From contig VGKG01000004.1 of assembly GCA_016867115.1 (NCBI GenBank), positions 6,536-70,535 on the forward strand: a stretch of DNA of 64,000 nucleotides. Reading direction: 5' to 3'. Shown here one piece after another: positions 15,963 to 26,350 of this stretch. The position numbers were made by a program, and so were the translations under genes. Below the pieces are notes generated by a model. The model did not search any database. It saw only the letters and a list, made by a program, of their open reading frames with translations, and was not told the DNA's origin. How positions within the stretch are numbered: the stretch's first letter is position 1; every line of letters starts with the position of its first letter. This stretch comes from Candidatus Omnitrophota bacterium. Lineage in GTDB: Bacteria; Omnitrophota; Gorgyraeia; Gygaellales; Profunditerraquicolaceae.

Positions 15963-17000
15963 TTAATTATGACTCGGATAATTCTTCCATTTCAGGTAAT
16001 AATTTTCATAAAAGTTCAGCGCACCTGAAAATATTCTAGAGAAACTGGCGGTAAAATATGGCTCTTTTTTATAAACTGAGCCGAAACTTGCCTTAAATCG
16101 TGAAACCCCTTCATTTTCCCTGCTACCGCCATACATATCGTATGTTTTCAAGCCCATTCCAATAAATCTTTTAATGCCTTCCCATAAAAGAAGGTTATTT
16201 ATCCTGAGCTGGCTGAATTCGGGGCTGGATGCTGAAACAAACGCATATGCTGTTTCTGTATCATATCCCCAGATATGCCCGCCTGCAAAATCACCCTTAT
16301 AAAATGCACCCAAGAAAAGCAATTGGCCGCGGGTGGCGATTGCATCATACAGATAACCCAGGCGTTCATACCTGAAAGGAACAGTCATCTTCTTTTTCTT
16401 ATATGTTTGAGTGACAAGTTCATAAAGAGGCCTGAAAAACGCTCTATCCTTCAGTTCCTTTATCTCTATCCCGCTTTTGTAGGCATTTTTTATGTTCTTT
16501 TTACAATTATAATGGAGCTTCTCCCATTGCCTGTCTTCATTTTCTTCCAGCTCCAATATCCAGGTTTCCCGGTATCTTATTGAAAATCCAGCAGAACGCA
16601 TGATCTCTTCATCGAGCAGAGCCCCTGAGGTTTCAAAGTACGCGACCTTCTCTTTCCGGCATAATCTTTTTACATCCGCGATCAATTCGCGCTTAGCATT
16701 ACCGTCCAAAGGCTCCCTAAATAATAACGGGCCCATCCTTGAAGTCAGCCATCCTCTCAAAGGGCTGCCTAAAAGACGAAACGGTCCCTTTCTTACCGTT
16801 ATGAACGGCCAGTATCCGCAAATCTCGTCGTTGATTTTTATGGAATAGACATGAAGTGCACCCTTATGCTCTCTGCAGATAAAATCCAACCAGGGCAATG
16901 AATGAAAAAGCAAAGACTTAGAGTGAATTTTAACCCAATCTGTATATTGGGCTATCTGTTTGTCGTCGTCCAAATTTACTGCAGATATAGTTTTAAACAA
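15963..17000 (-). CDS. FemAB-like GNAT family protein
   Basis: LFHSLPW, KKNIKNAYKSG, NNLLLWEGI, YDMYGG...GVSRFKASFG pattern. Confidence 0.82.
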   Translation of the reverse strand: MFKTISAVNLDDDKQIAQYTDWVKIHSKSLLFHSLPWLDFICREHKGALHVYSIKINDEICGYWPFITVRKGPFRLLGSPLRGWLTSRMGPLLFREPLDGNAKRELIADVKRLCRKEKVAYFETSGALLDEEIMRSAGFSIRYRETWILELEENEDRQWEKLHYNCKKNIKNAYKSGIEIKELKDRAFFRPLYELVTQTYKKKKMTVPFRYERLGYLYDAIATRGQLLFLGAFYKGDFAGGHIWGYDTETAYAFVSASSPEFSQLRINNLLLWEGIKRFIGMGLKTYDMYGGSRENEGVSRFKASFGSVYKKEPYFTASFSRIFSGALNFYENYYLKWKNYPSHN

Positions 17001-17017
17001 CTCTCCGACCTCGAAAT

Positions 17018-17983
17018 TTACGCATTTTCTACCAGATAGACCATATCATTACCGAGCATCTGGGCATCAAATTTATTTAAGAGAGATTGGAAGAAGATGG
17101 TCTGCATAGATGTCAACCGGATAAAATTACCCTGCTTCAACGCATGGGAAGCCAGGATGAACATATCCGGATATGAAAAAGAATATCTGTCGATGATCTT
17201 AAAGTTATATTTCTTGAAATACGCCTCTAATGTTTTCGGCGTAAAATAATAAGTATGCACAGGCACCTCTACGCAATCGGGAAAGATCCGGTAAAGGATA
17301 CCGTCGTAATTCGGCACCGCAATGATGAGCCTACCTCCTCTTTTCAATAGTTTTTTAAAAACCTTGAAATACTCTGCCGGCGATGCCGCATGCTCTAAAG
17401 ACCAGTTCATGCGGATACAGTCAAAATCCCGCTCTTCCAGTTCGAAAATAGACGGCAGGACTTTCAATCCGTATTTTTGCGTAATTTTTGTTACCTCAGG
17501 AGACGGCTCCACACCAATTACCTCAAATCCTCTTTTCTTAAGACTATATATAGAGGACCTGTAGCCGAAGAAATGTGTGTTTAATCCGCTGCCGCATCCG
17601 ACATCCAGGAACTTTCCCGGCTTGATCGTCTTTACATAGTCTTTCTTCTTCGGTTGCAGCAATTTATGGAAAATCCCCCCCGAGAACGGCACTAGCGCAA
17701 AGAGCAAATTAAGATACGGAGTTGATACTGCACGGCTGATAGCGTATCTTAGTTTATACAGATATAAGTTACGGTCGGAATAAAATTCATAGTCTTTCGG
17801 ATAAAAACACTTTAAGTCTTCATCTTTGTCTACATCCAAATAGATCAATCCGCAATCACGGCATTTTCTTAGATAGAACTCCCTATCCTGCGGAGCGCAT
17901 CTATGTATAATATCTTTTTGCGCTACCAGTAGATCGGACCTGTCTGAATTACAAAAATCGCAATATCTCGGCATCTCATTCAA
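17018..17983 (-). CDS. Class I SAM-dependent methyltransferase with N-terminal Zn ribbon
   Basis: CDFC/CRDC, LDVGCGSG, SLEH, LKRGGRL, VPN. Confidence 0.88.
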   Translation of the reverse strand: MNEMPRYCDFCNSDRSDLLVAQKDIIHRCAPQDREFYLRKCRDCGLIYLDVDKDEDLKCFYPKDYEFYSDRNLYLYKLRYAISRAVSTPYLNLLFALVPFSGGIFHKLLQPKKKDYVKTIKPGKFLDVGCGSGLNTHFFGYRSSIYSLKKRGFEVIGVEPSPEVTKITQKYGLKVLPSIFELEERDFDCIRMNWSLEHAASPAEYFKVFKKLLKRGGRLIIAVPNYDGILYRIFPDCVEVPVHTYYFTPKTLEAYFKKYNFKIIDRYSFSYPDMFILASHALKQGNFIRLTSMQTIFFQSLLNKFDAQMLGNDMVYLVENA

Positions 17984-17991
17984 TTCCGGCT

Positions 17992-19461
17992 TTATAAACC
18001 TTTCTGCGCGGCCACCTCGAGCTTATATCCAGGCGCAATCGCAAGTTTAATAAGCCAAAGAATAAATACCGCCATGAAAAATGCTTTTACTGATTCCACA
18101 ATATCTCCCCCGAGGAAAAGCTGGATCACCAGATGCTGAAAAAATAAAACCTTTAGAACTAAGCTGATATTAGATCTCATCACAATAACTGAAATCATTC
18201 CCCATAAGAAAACTACAAAAAAAGCGAAATAACCGAAAAGCAGGTAAGTGACGCCTAAAAAAGTCGGTAATTCAGTGACTTTGCTTATCTCTTCCCGGGG
18301 CAATTTCCATACAACCGTTGTATATTTCTGTAACATATTCGGTTTATCCGGAAACAGATTTGGGACGGGAATCAATCTTCTGGCGGCATCTTCACCTAAC
18401 GATGATGGATTAACACACCCCCTTAGTTCGTCTTTTTTATCCTCTGACACTGCTACGGCAAGCCAATCGACCCCCCCTAGCCTACTGGAGTTAGCTATTA
18501 AGTCATCGATATAGCCCTGGCTGGCTTTTTTAAATATCCTGCTGAACTGGTCCATTGATTTAACTCCAAGAATAATACTTGTTCTCACGCTAACGCTAAG
18601 CGGAGCCATTACCGGGAACGTAAGCATAATAATCAGGACTAGTGCCAATGTCTTTTTCTTGAATGTGTAGTTCTCAAGCATTATTTTCACAACAAAGTAG
18701 CTGAGTGCTATAGATATGACCGCGGCTTTACTCCCCTGGGAAAGCGAGGTAAGCATTAATAAGGCAAAAATAATTAAAATTGTAATATTCTCTTTAGTTT
18801 TCCTTCTTATATCCGGGTGTAACAGAATAATAAAAATAATCAATTGAACGAAATTGAAATAGAACAATAAATGCAGGACCAATTTCATAACGAAGCTCTG
18901 GGTAATCCTTGTGTTTAAAAGCGCTCCTTCGGCCGTATGCTGATAATAAACTGACATTATAATCCTTATAAGATAAACACATAGGCTTACTATGTAAAAC
19001 TTCATCCTGCTTGATTCAGAATACATCCATTTAGGCAGCCATTTGCTTTCTTTACTATTTCCTTTCTTTAAGGGGATAAATTCCCCGGCCTTAAAACCTA
19101 TGAAAACGGCGATTGTGCAGATCAGCAGATAAAGAAGGGCGGTATTAATATCGCTTGTAGTATAATTTACGGTCCGGGCATACCTTATGGATTCCGGGAA
19201 AATATACAAAAAAACGATCCTTTGCGCATAAAAAATAAGGCTTAACAGAAAAAATATGTAGACCGCAACCTTTGTGCTTCCTTTATAAAGATACAGACTT
19301 ATTATTAAGAGAACGAAGTATATGGATGACAACAGAATAGCATTTCCCTTAATGAGTATCCGGTAAGATTCCGGTAAGTTCGGAGCCAATAATAATACGT
19401 AAAGAAAAATAAGCGATCCAAGAAGTATATTACGGATATGTATTCCGGCCTCTTCTTTCAT
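17992..19461 (-). CDS. Putative O-antigen polymerase Wzy (likely start 19461, ATGA overlap with upstream GT2)
   Basis: Very hydrophobic, about 10-12 TM, GSKAAVI motif, AT-rich; located inside a wzz/wzx locus. Call rests on context. Confidence 0.6.
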   Translation of the reverse strand: MKEEAGIHIRNILLGSLIFLYVLLLAPNLPESYRILIKGNAILLSSIYFVLLIISLYLYKGSTKVAVYIFFLLSLIFYAQRIVFLYIFPESIRYARTVNYTTSDINTALLYLLICTIAVFIGFKAGEFIPLKKGNSKESKWLPKWMYSESSRMKFYIVSLCVYLIRIIMSVYYQHTAEGALLNTRITQSFVMKLVLHLLFYFNFVQLIIFIILLHPDIRRKTKENITILIIFALLMLTSLSQGSKAAVISIALSYFVVKIMLENYTFKKKTLALVLIIMLTFPVMAPLSVSVRTSIILGVKSMDQFSRIFKKASQGYIDDLIANSSRLGGVDWLAVAVSEDKKDELRGCVNPSSLGEDAARRLIPVPNLFPDKPNMLQKYTTVVWKLPREEISKVTELPTFLGVTYLLFGYFAFFVVFLWGMISVIVMRSNISLVLKVLFFQHLVIQLFLGGDIVESVKAFFMAVFILWLIKLAIAPGYKLEVAAQKGL

Positions 19462-20309
19462 ACCTGAAATACCCTCGGTAGAATGGTTAGCAGCCTGAAG
19501 AACATGTCTAATCTTGCGGCCCGGCATGAACGGTAGGCTGCTCCGGCAAAGATCCTCGCCCTTCTTCTTATCATCAGAAATTTATAATAGGGCGTCTTTT
19601 GCTCCCAATACTTAAAATGAGAATTAACCACATTTATGGTATTTTCTGCATGCCTGACTATATTGTTTGTAATAGAGCTGCTCTGGATCGTGTATTCCCC
19701 GAGTATCTCATGTAAATATTCTATCCTGCATATCTTAGAGAGCCTCAGCCACAGTTCATAATCTTCGACGCCGTTAAAATCCATATTTTCCGAGAATAAA
19801 CCTGCCTCGAAAAGCTTATTCCTTCGCACAATCACTGCTGATGTCGATATGCAATTTCTTCTAAAAAGCAGGTCCGGATAATCCCTGAACGGCCCGTAAA
19901 TAAGCTTTGAGATAACCCTGCCATCCTTTACCAGATATTCGTTATGGCAGATCAGATCCGCATCTCTGTGGACTTGGATATAATTATTAACATTCGCCAG
20001 CTTTTCGCTGGCCCATTTATCATCTGCGTCTAAAAAAGCGACGAAATCGCCTTCGGCTTCTCTGACGGCGCAGTTTCTTGCCCCGCCGATCCCCTTATTC
20101 TTTTGCCTTATTAACTTATATTGCGCACCCGGAAGATTCTTAAAATAATTTTCGATTACCGCGGAAGTGTTATCCGTTGAGCCGTCATCGGTAATGACCA
20201 CCTCGTAATTCCCGTAGGTCTGCTTCCGCACGGAATCTAATGTCCTGCCGATATATTTTTCAGCATTATATGCGGGGATGACCACGCTAAATTTAATATT
20301 TTCTCTCAT
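19458..20309 (-). CDS. Glycosyltransferase family 2
   Basis: SVVIPAYN, DDGSTD, FLDADD, EDYELWLR. Confidence 0.95.
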   Translation of the reverse strand: MRENIKFSVVIPAYNAEKYIGRTLDSVRKQTYGNYEVVITDDGSTDNTSAVIENYFKNLPGAQYKLIRQKNKGIGGARNCAVREAEGDFVAFLDADDKWASEKLANVNNYIQVHRDADLICHNEYLVKDGRVISKLIYGPFRDYPDLLFRRNCISTSAVIVRRNKLFEAGLFSENMDFNGVEDYELWLRLSKICRIEYLHEILGEYTIQSSSITNNIVRHAENTINVVNSHFKYWEQKTPYYKFLMIRRRARIFAGAAYRSCRAARLDMFFRLLTILPRVFQV

Positions 20310-22185
20310 CTTCTATCTTTTTCAACGATTCGGCGATCCTTTCAGATGAGCGGCCGTCTGCCTTGAAAAAACATTGCCGCTCAATGAAGCTCTTTGTCGT
20401 TTCAGTGGGGTGAAATTGATGGGGATTGCTGGCGAAATTTTCTAATCCCTTTCTTAATTCTAAGACCGAGTAAAACTTCGGGATTTCCACTTCTAAATCA
20501 CGAAAGACAGAAGCATTGTAGCCTGCCGTAAGCCACTGAAATATAGGGGCGCCCTGCAGTAAAGCCTCTTCCGCCACCGTAGAGTAAGTGAATATTACCA
20601 GATCCGCCATCTTAAGGTTCTCATCGAGCGTCCCTTTTGTTGATATAATCTTATGCCGGTAAGGGCGGTATTCCCGTAAATCCTCCATTCTCGCAAACGG
20701 ATGACTTCTGATATAAAGCTTTATATTCTTAAGGCCCTCGGCGGCGGCGCTGGCTGCCTGGACCATTTCAAAATCATGCCGGGGATTCAGAGTGGCTACA
20801 AGCAGCACGTTATAAATTTCCTTATCCTGCCTGTTTTCCTGCCGGGCTGAGATCCTAATATTTTCATGCCTCGGAGAACCGGTAAGCAATATTCTTTCCT
20901 GCGAAAATCCGTCTTCTATGAAGATATCTCTCCCTAATTCGCCCATAGCAAACATGTAATCAGGTACCGGGACGCTACGATTATCAGGCTTACCGTACAG
21001 CTCTCTTTCACGGTCGAGCGCAAGGAAAGTCTTTTCTCTGTTATAACTGGCATGCTGGATCGTACAATGAATTGCTTCCGGCCTTGCGGAGCGGCCTCCT
21101 TCATACAATGCCCTTGAATGCGGATAAAATTCTAAGAAAGTAAAGTTTATCTTCGGCCCGTACTCTACAAAAGCCCTGCGGCTTGAAGATTCTATGAGCG
21201 TAAAAAGCGGAATTGTAGAACTAACAAAATCGCATATCAGAAGATGGTTTAAGAACGGAAAAAAATCTAATCCTTCTTCGGTAAAAAGATCCCTGAATGA
21301 ACTTAAACGTCTAAATCTCAGGTACCGGTATAGAGGCCGAAAATCCAAAGCGGCAAACAGGACGTCTTTTAAGCTAAGAAATTTTTGCAAAAATATAAGT
21401 TGCGGGTGCCCTTTTACGCGGCTCAGGATCTGTTTCAGGGAACGTTTCTTTGCTCCCGGCTTATGAATCGGTGAAAGCCATAAAAGCCATGCATGCGTAA
21501 AGCCTTTCAATTTTAATTGCCCGGGGAGGGATTTAAAATAAATATCGTTTAGTGACTCTGCGTCATCACCGGGACAAACGCTCCAATCCCAAAATCCCTG
21601 AAAGAGGACATCAGGCCTTGACTTTGGCAGATCGGCAAATACTTTCAATGCAAAAAGAGCGGATAAAGTATCAAAAATCAATTTCATCCGAGAGAAAGCC
21701 CCCTTGGCCAAGGCAAGGAGTCTAATAAAATATCTTTTTATGCTCTTTCGGATGCGGTAGCGGCTGGAAAGCGCCTCTCTGATCTCGCAGGGGGCGCCGT
21801 ATAGAACGATATCTTTTATGTTTTGCCGTTTAGCCACATTCAAAATAGTGAAAACTTGCAGCATCACGTTAAAAGTAGGGTCGCTTTCTACATCCTTAAA
21901 ACTAAACTTGGTATACCACCAGGGATTGCCTCTTCCCGGAAACTCAAGTGCCTGCCTTAGGGTCCTTCCGTTACAGGCTGTTGCGCTGATGCGCGCAACC
22001 ATATCTATGTAGGCAAGACGCGCCTTTTCCCTTACCGCATTCATTTCTTTCCTGCCCAAAAGAACCTCGCCTCTGTAAGAGCTTGTAAACTTATATTCAG
22101 CTTCCGGCGTTAAGAAACTTAGTACCGTAGCATCCGGAGGGATTATCCGCGAGTCGAGTTTATAAACAATATGGAGACTGGACAT
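20293..22185 (-). CDS. Surface carbohydrate biosynthesis protein, putative GT-B transferase (Leptospira LIC13510-like)
   Basis: C-terminal QH, TGSPR, RSHP and YSTVAEEA motifs resemble CMP-sugar GT-B transferases; family assignment from recall. Confidence 0.55.
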   Translation of the reverse strand: MSSLHIVYKLDSRIIPPDATVLSFLTPEAEYKFTSSYRGEVLLGRKEMNAVREKARLAYIDMVARISATACNGRTLRQALEFPGRGNPWWYTKFSFKDVESDPTFNVMLQVFTILNVAKRQNIKDIVLYGAPCEIREALSSRYRIRKSIKRYFIRLLALAKGAFSRMKLIFDTLSALFALKVFADLPKSRPDVLFQGFWDWSVCPGDDAESLNDIYFKSLPGQLKLKGFTHAWLLWLSPIHKPGAKKRSLKQILSRVKGHPQLIFLQKFLSLKDVLFAALDFRPLYRYLRFRRLSSFRDLFTEEGLDFFPFLNHLLICDFVSSTIPLFTLIESSSRRAFVEYGPKINFTFLEFYPHSRALYEGGRSARPEAIHCTIQHASYNREKTFLALDRERELYGKPDNRSVPVPDYMFAMGELGRDIFIEDGFSQERILLTGSPRHENIRISARQENRQDKEIYNVLLVATLNPRHDFEMVQAASAAAEGLKNIKLYIRSHPFARMEDLREYRPYRHKIISTKGTLDENLKMADLVIFTYSTVAEEALLQGAPIFQWLTAGYNASVFRDLEVEIPKFYSVLELRKGLENFASNPHQFHPTETTKSFIERQCFFKADGRSSERIAESLKKIEDERKY

Positions 22186-22190
22186 ATGAC

Positions 22191-22949
22191 TTATATAAGA
22201 AAAGGATTTGATGCGGAAACATTTAAAGTGAGTTCATCCCGCGAAGGGGTAAACTCTATGGCTCCGCCTGCAGCTTTTACCAATGCAAGGCCGCCTGCCG
22301 CATCCCATATCTTTATGTCGTTCTCATGATAGAAGTCGGCCCTTCCGCATGAGACATATGCCAGAGATAACGCTGCCGAACCGAGCAGGCGCACCTTTTT
22401 AAAGGTCCTTATATCTTCTATGGCTTTAAGCACTGAGTCTTTGGAGAAATCGGTGCCGGCCGGAAATCCCGTACACAAAACTGCCTTATGTTTATCCACC
22501 ACCATGCTTACGCCTATAGGTTCGCCATTTAGCCAGGCGCCGGCTCCGACAATGCCGCTAAAGGCCTCGCCTCTGTTAAAATCGTAGACTACCCCGAGTA
22601 TGGGCTCCATGCCTTTCCAGAGGCCGATAGAAATACAGGATAGCGGTATGCCGCGGGAAAAATTGAGGCTTCCGTCAAGAGGGTCAACGATCCATCTCGG
22701 ATCTTTCTCCTGTGATGTTCCCTGTAAAAAACCCTTCTCTTCAGAAATAATAGAGTATCCGGATTTCAGCTTAAGGCGCTCTATGATAGAATCTTCAAGT
22801 TTTTTATCCGCCTCTACCTTGACGTCTCTGTCCATGTCTAAAGTAACTGCTTTTGTATCTTCTGTCGTTTTCAGGATATCCCGGGCGGCATTCCTTGCCG
22901 CATCTTGAGCCAAAGACAATAAACTCTCCAAATCAGCGCGTTGCATCAT
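22191..22949 (-). CDS. Inositol monophosphatase family phosphatase
   Basis: SEE, WIVDPLDGSLNF, GSAALSLAYV, WDAAGG. Confidence 0.93.
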   Translation of the reverse strand: MMQRADLESLLSLAQDAARNAARDILKTTEDTKAVTLDMDRDVKVEADKKLEDSIIERLKLKSGYSIISEEKGFLQGTSQEKDPRWIVDPLDGSLNFSRGIPLSCISIGLWKGMEPILGVVYDFNRGEAFSGIVGAGAWLNGEPIGVSMVVDKHKAVLCTGFPAGTDFSKDSVLKAIEDIRTFKKVRLLGSAALSLAYVSCGRADFYHENDIKIWDAAGGLALVKAAGGAIEFTPSRDELTLNVSASNPFLI

Positions 22950-23872
22950 AATATCTTCCTTAGTGCTTCAATAAGGTTGTCCACTGCCTCCATCTCCATA
23001 TTACGCCGGCACTCCGAAGTATAGGAACCGATGTGCGGCGTTAATATGACCTGCTTATATTTAAGTAAGGCACCGGAATATGGCTCACTCTGAAAAGTAT
23101 CCAGCCACGCCCCTGCCACCCGCCCACTGTCAAGCGCAGCTATAAGCGCGCCTTCATCAATCAGTCCACCCCTTGCGGCATTTAATATATAAACGCCGTC
23201 TTTCATAAGGTCGAATTGGCTTTTACCAAGCAAGCACTTTTCGCCGCTGCAGTGCAGAGTGATGACATCTGCGGCTTTAAGGGCATCGTCCAGATCTACA
23301 ACGGGAAAACCGCTGACTTTCCCTGAATACGCGGGGTCAACAGCGTAAATATCAGCCCCAAAGGCATTCAGCAATTGAGCGACCCTCTGTCCGATATTGC
23401 CGAATCCGATAACGGCAACATTCATTCCGTTAAGTTGCCTGCCGATTATCTTAAACCACTTATTATTATGAAGCGACGCATCCATCTGGCGGATATGGCG
23501 TAAGATACTCAATAGACATCCGACAGTAAGTTCTGCGACTGCTTCGATAGGAGCAGTTGGTGTATTCTTGACGGTAACCCCGAATTCCTTTGCTGCATCA
23601 AGGTCTACGTTTGAAAGCCCTGAGCCGCATCTTGAGATCACCTTCAATTCTGAATTCTTCAAAACATCCCTATCCAAAGGCTCAAGCCCGGCTATGATCC
23701 CACTCACCCCCGGTAATAAGTTAATCAACTCATCTTTCGTCAGTCTACGCTTAAAAGGATTTTCCACGACCTCAAACCCCATGCCTAATAGCTTTAACAA
23801 GGGGTCTTTATCCTCTTCCGAGAAAGTCGAAGTTCCTAACAATATTTTGATTTTAGATTTTCTTTCCGTCAT
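22946..23872 (-). CDS. D-2-hydroxyacid (phosphoglycerate-like) dehydrogenase without ACT domain
   Basis: SRCGSGLSNVD, IGFGNIG, NAARGGLIDE, TPHIGS. Confidence 0.9.
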   Translation of the reverse strand: MTERKSKIKILLGTSTFSEEDKDPLLKLLGMGFEVVENPFKRRLTKDELINLLPGVSGIIAGLEPLDRDVLKNSELKVISRCGSGLSNVDLDAAKEFGVTVKNTPTAPIEAVAELTVGCLLSILRHIRQMDASLHNNKWFKIIGRQLNGMNVAVIGFGNIGQRVAQLLNAFGADIYAVDPAYSGKVSGFPVVDLDDALKAADVITLHCSGEKCLLGKSQFDLMKDGVYILNAARGGLIDEGALIAALDSGRVAGAWLDTFQSEPYSGALLKYKQVILTPHIGSYTSECRRNMEMEAVDNLIEALRKIL

Positions 23873-23877
23873 ATTCT

Positions 23878-24645
23878 TTACTTGCTTAATTGTGGGTCTT
23901 TAAAGAGCATGTAAGTTCCCGGAGATTTATTGTCATAGGTGTTTTCAAGAACCCGTTCCTTTGCCTTGACAAGGGCAAATGGCGACATCCACTCTTTATA
24001 GATACTGACGGGCCTGGCCCGGCTTATAAATTTATCCGCATCAGTTGCGTTCCCGGTAACTTTTATAGACTCTGTCTTTTCTATAAGTAAGATGTAGCCT
24101 CGCGGGGCGAGTTTCTTTATCTCCTCAATGACGCTGCGGCAGAACTCATCAGGAAGATGCTGAAGCACTGTGCAAATCAAAGCAAAGTCAAAGATCCCTT
24201 TACCCATCTGGCTTATCCGGTCTAGCGTATCGCATTGATAGAATTCAATATCGGGAAGGAGCGTTTTTGCTACATCCACAAGGTGTGCCTCTCTTTCAAA
24301 GCCGACCACCCTGTCGGCAAATTCTTTAAGCACCATTATCAAGCGGCCGTAACCGCAACCTACTTCGCAAGCAGACCGGATGCGGGCCTCGGGGAGAACT
24401 TCGCGCATTATTGAACGGATCGTCTTTCTCTCCAGATAATTTCTCACATTATCCGTAGGCCCTGAAACATCGCTTACCCCGGCAGCAGTCCAGACAATGC
24501 GCGCATTACGGTCTCTCCATTTACCCCATAACTTCCGTCTGACTTTAATAATTACGGCTTTTGCCAGATACCCGAACGGGAGAGCCGTGGCATCGGGCAA
24601 TAATAACTCCTTTTTCTTAAAGAACTTGATTTCATTTTGATTCAT
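23878..24645 (-). CDS. Class I SAM-dependent methyltransferase (likely start 24645)
   Basis: EVGCGYGR, VLQHL; GGAGGTG RBS before the start. Confidence 0.85.
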   Translation of the reverse strand: MNQNEIKFFKKKELLLPDATALPFGYLAKAVIIKVRRKLWGKWRDRNARIVWTAAGVSDVSGPTDNVRNYLERKTIRSIMREVLPEARIRSACEVGCGYGRLIMVLKEFADRVVGFEREAHLVDVAKTLLPDIEFYQCDTLDRISQMGKGIFDFALICTVLQHLPDEFCRSVIEEIKKLAPRGYILLIEKTESIKVTGNATDADKFISRARPVSIYKEWMSPFALVKAKERVLENTYDNKSPGTYMLFKDPQLSK

Positions 24646-25273
24646 GCAAAGACACCTCCGCACTTTTTGCCTTATATTGAAGCCAGTTGGCGATCAAGTG
24701 GTCTAAGACCACATGGATATCTTCTACCGGGCCGTATTCGCCTTTCGGGGTATTTACATGTACCACCACGTCAGAGATGTTTTTAAGCTTCCCCCCGTCA
24801 AAACCGATGAAACTGATCACTCTGCCTCCTGCCGCCTTTATCCATTCTGCGGCTTCGATGATATTCGGCGAATTCCCGCTTGCCGAGATAGCTATCAATT
24901 TATCACCCGGGCGGTAATGAATCTTAAGCTGGTTGACAAATATATTGTTGTAACCGTCGTCATTTGCAATCGCAGTCATCAAAGCAGCATTGCCTGACAG
25001 GGCAAGCGCCCGGAAAGGAGTTTTGATCCCGGCCTTCTTTAACACGTCCATGCCGATATCATTGGCCATGTGCGAGGCAGTGGTCGCAGATCCGCCGTTT
25101 CCCGCAAGAAATATGGTATTTCCATTTTTCTGTGCGTTTTCAAGCTCTTTAACAGCATCTGCGATCGCCTTCGTGTCAAGCTGGCCGAGCAGGGTTGAAA
25201 GGTAATTTAGGTAGCCCCTGGCAAACTGCTCTACGTTTTTAGACTCGTTAAAAGTTCTTTCTATATTATTCAT
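24632..25273 (-). CDS. SIS-domain sugar-phosphate isomerase (GmhA-like); likely start 25273
   Basis: GNGGSATTASH, TAIANDDGY, ISASGNSPN, EDIH. Confidence 0.9.
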   Translation of the reverse strand: MNNIERTFNESKNVEQFARGYLNYLSTLLGQLDTKAIADAVKELENAQKNGNTIFLAGNGGSATTASHMANDIGMDVLKKAGIKTPFRALALSGNAALMTAIANDDGYNNIFVNQLKIHYRPGDKLIAISASGNSPNIIEAAEWIKAAGGRVISFIGFDGGKLKNISDVVVHVNTPKGEYGPVEDIHVVLDHLIANWLQYKAKSAEVSLHESK

Positions 25274-25295
25274 GTTCCCTCCCCGATATTCCATT

Positions 25296-26333
25296 TTAGT
25301 CAGGACAATCTATGTTATAAGCTTCTCGCCAGTCCCTGTCCGCATAATATATCTTATAAACAAGCCTCATTGTATCCAGTGCGTCGGTGCTCGTTCCGGA
25401 TTTAATTTTAGTGCCATTGACAATAGCATCCGTAAATTCATTTATTTCATCCCGCCATGAATTATCCTCGACATAAGTCTTGGTATCTTCATCGAATGCG
25501 CCAGTATCCGATTCATCGCGTCTGCCGACTGTGAGTTTTTCCTCGCCATAACTTTTTGAGCCCGACAAAATGCCGCTAAGCTGGATAAAGCCCTCAGTTA
25601 AGCTTATATCCAGGTGAAATCTGTGCTGCCACTGCGTTGCGCTTGAATGCAGGAACGCGATCCGCCCCTTCTTATCCCGCATCAGCGCATATGCATTATC
25701 CTCAACATCGTGATCCCAGTAGCTGTTGGATACATAGCTCTTGACCTCTTCAAACTCGCCACAGAAAAGCCGCATCAGGTCTACCATATGTATTCCCTGG
25801 TCAAGGAGTATTCCGCCTCCGGAATATCTACGCTCTGCCCTCCAGCCGCCTGAAAACGGAATGATCTTGCTTTTGCCGTAAACTCCACTGAGATTTATAA
25901 TTTCGCCTAATTGTCCCGACTTTATGATCTTCAGGGCATCGCGCACAGAATCGTGGTAGCGATGGTTAAAGCCGTACTTTAATAACAGTTTGGGATGCTT
26001 CTTCTCTGTCTCGATTACTTTTTTAATGTCTTCCACATCCCGTCCCGGCGGCTTCTCGCAAAAAACATGCAATCCTCTTTCAAGGCCGGCGATGGTAACC
26101 TCTGCGGCAAGATAATTCGGCAGACTTACAAATAATATGTCCAACGGCTCTTCCAGCAACTTGAGGTAATTGGGGAAAAAACCTACTCCTTCAGGCATAA
26201 TGCCGGATTCCTTAAAATTCTTGTCGCAGACGGCAACGGTTTTCAAGAAGGGATTTAGATCGATAAACTGCCTTCGTCTTTTGCCTACTACGCCATAACC
26301 GGCAATTCCGACTCTTAATAACTTTTTCTTCAC
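25296..26333 (-). CDS. Gfo/Idh/MocA family oxidoreductase
   Basis: GIAGYGVVG, HVFCEKPP, GFNHRY, GGILLDQGIH. Confidence 0.92.
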   Translation of the reverse strand: MKKKLLRVGIAGYGVVGKRRRQFIDLNPFLKTVAVCDKNFKESGIMPEGVGFFPNYLKLLEEPLDILFVSLPNYLAAEVTIAGLERGLHVFCEKPPGRDVEDIKKVIETEKKHPKLLLKYGFNHRYHDSVRDALKIIKSGQLGEIINLSGVYGKSKIIPFSGGWRAERRYSGGGILLDQGIHMVDLMRLFCGEFEEVKSYVSNSYWDHDVEDNAYALMRDKKGRIAFLHSSATQWQHRFHLDISLTEGFIQLSGILSGSKSYGEEKLTVGRRDESDTGAFDEDTKTYVEDNSWRDEINEFTDAIVNGTKIKSGTSTDALDTMRLVYKIYYADRDWREAYNIDCPD

Positions 26334-26350
26334 CTTAGGACCCCCCTGAT

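Noticed and set aside
24632-25273. Housekeeping gmhA for ADP-heptose synthesis
   Set aside because: Embedded in the aldolase/KdsB module rather than with gmhB and the GT9s; substrate uncertain, so no gene symbol assigned.
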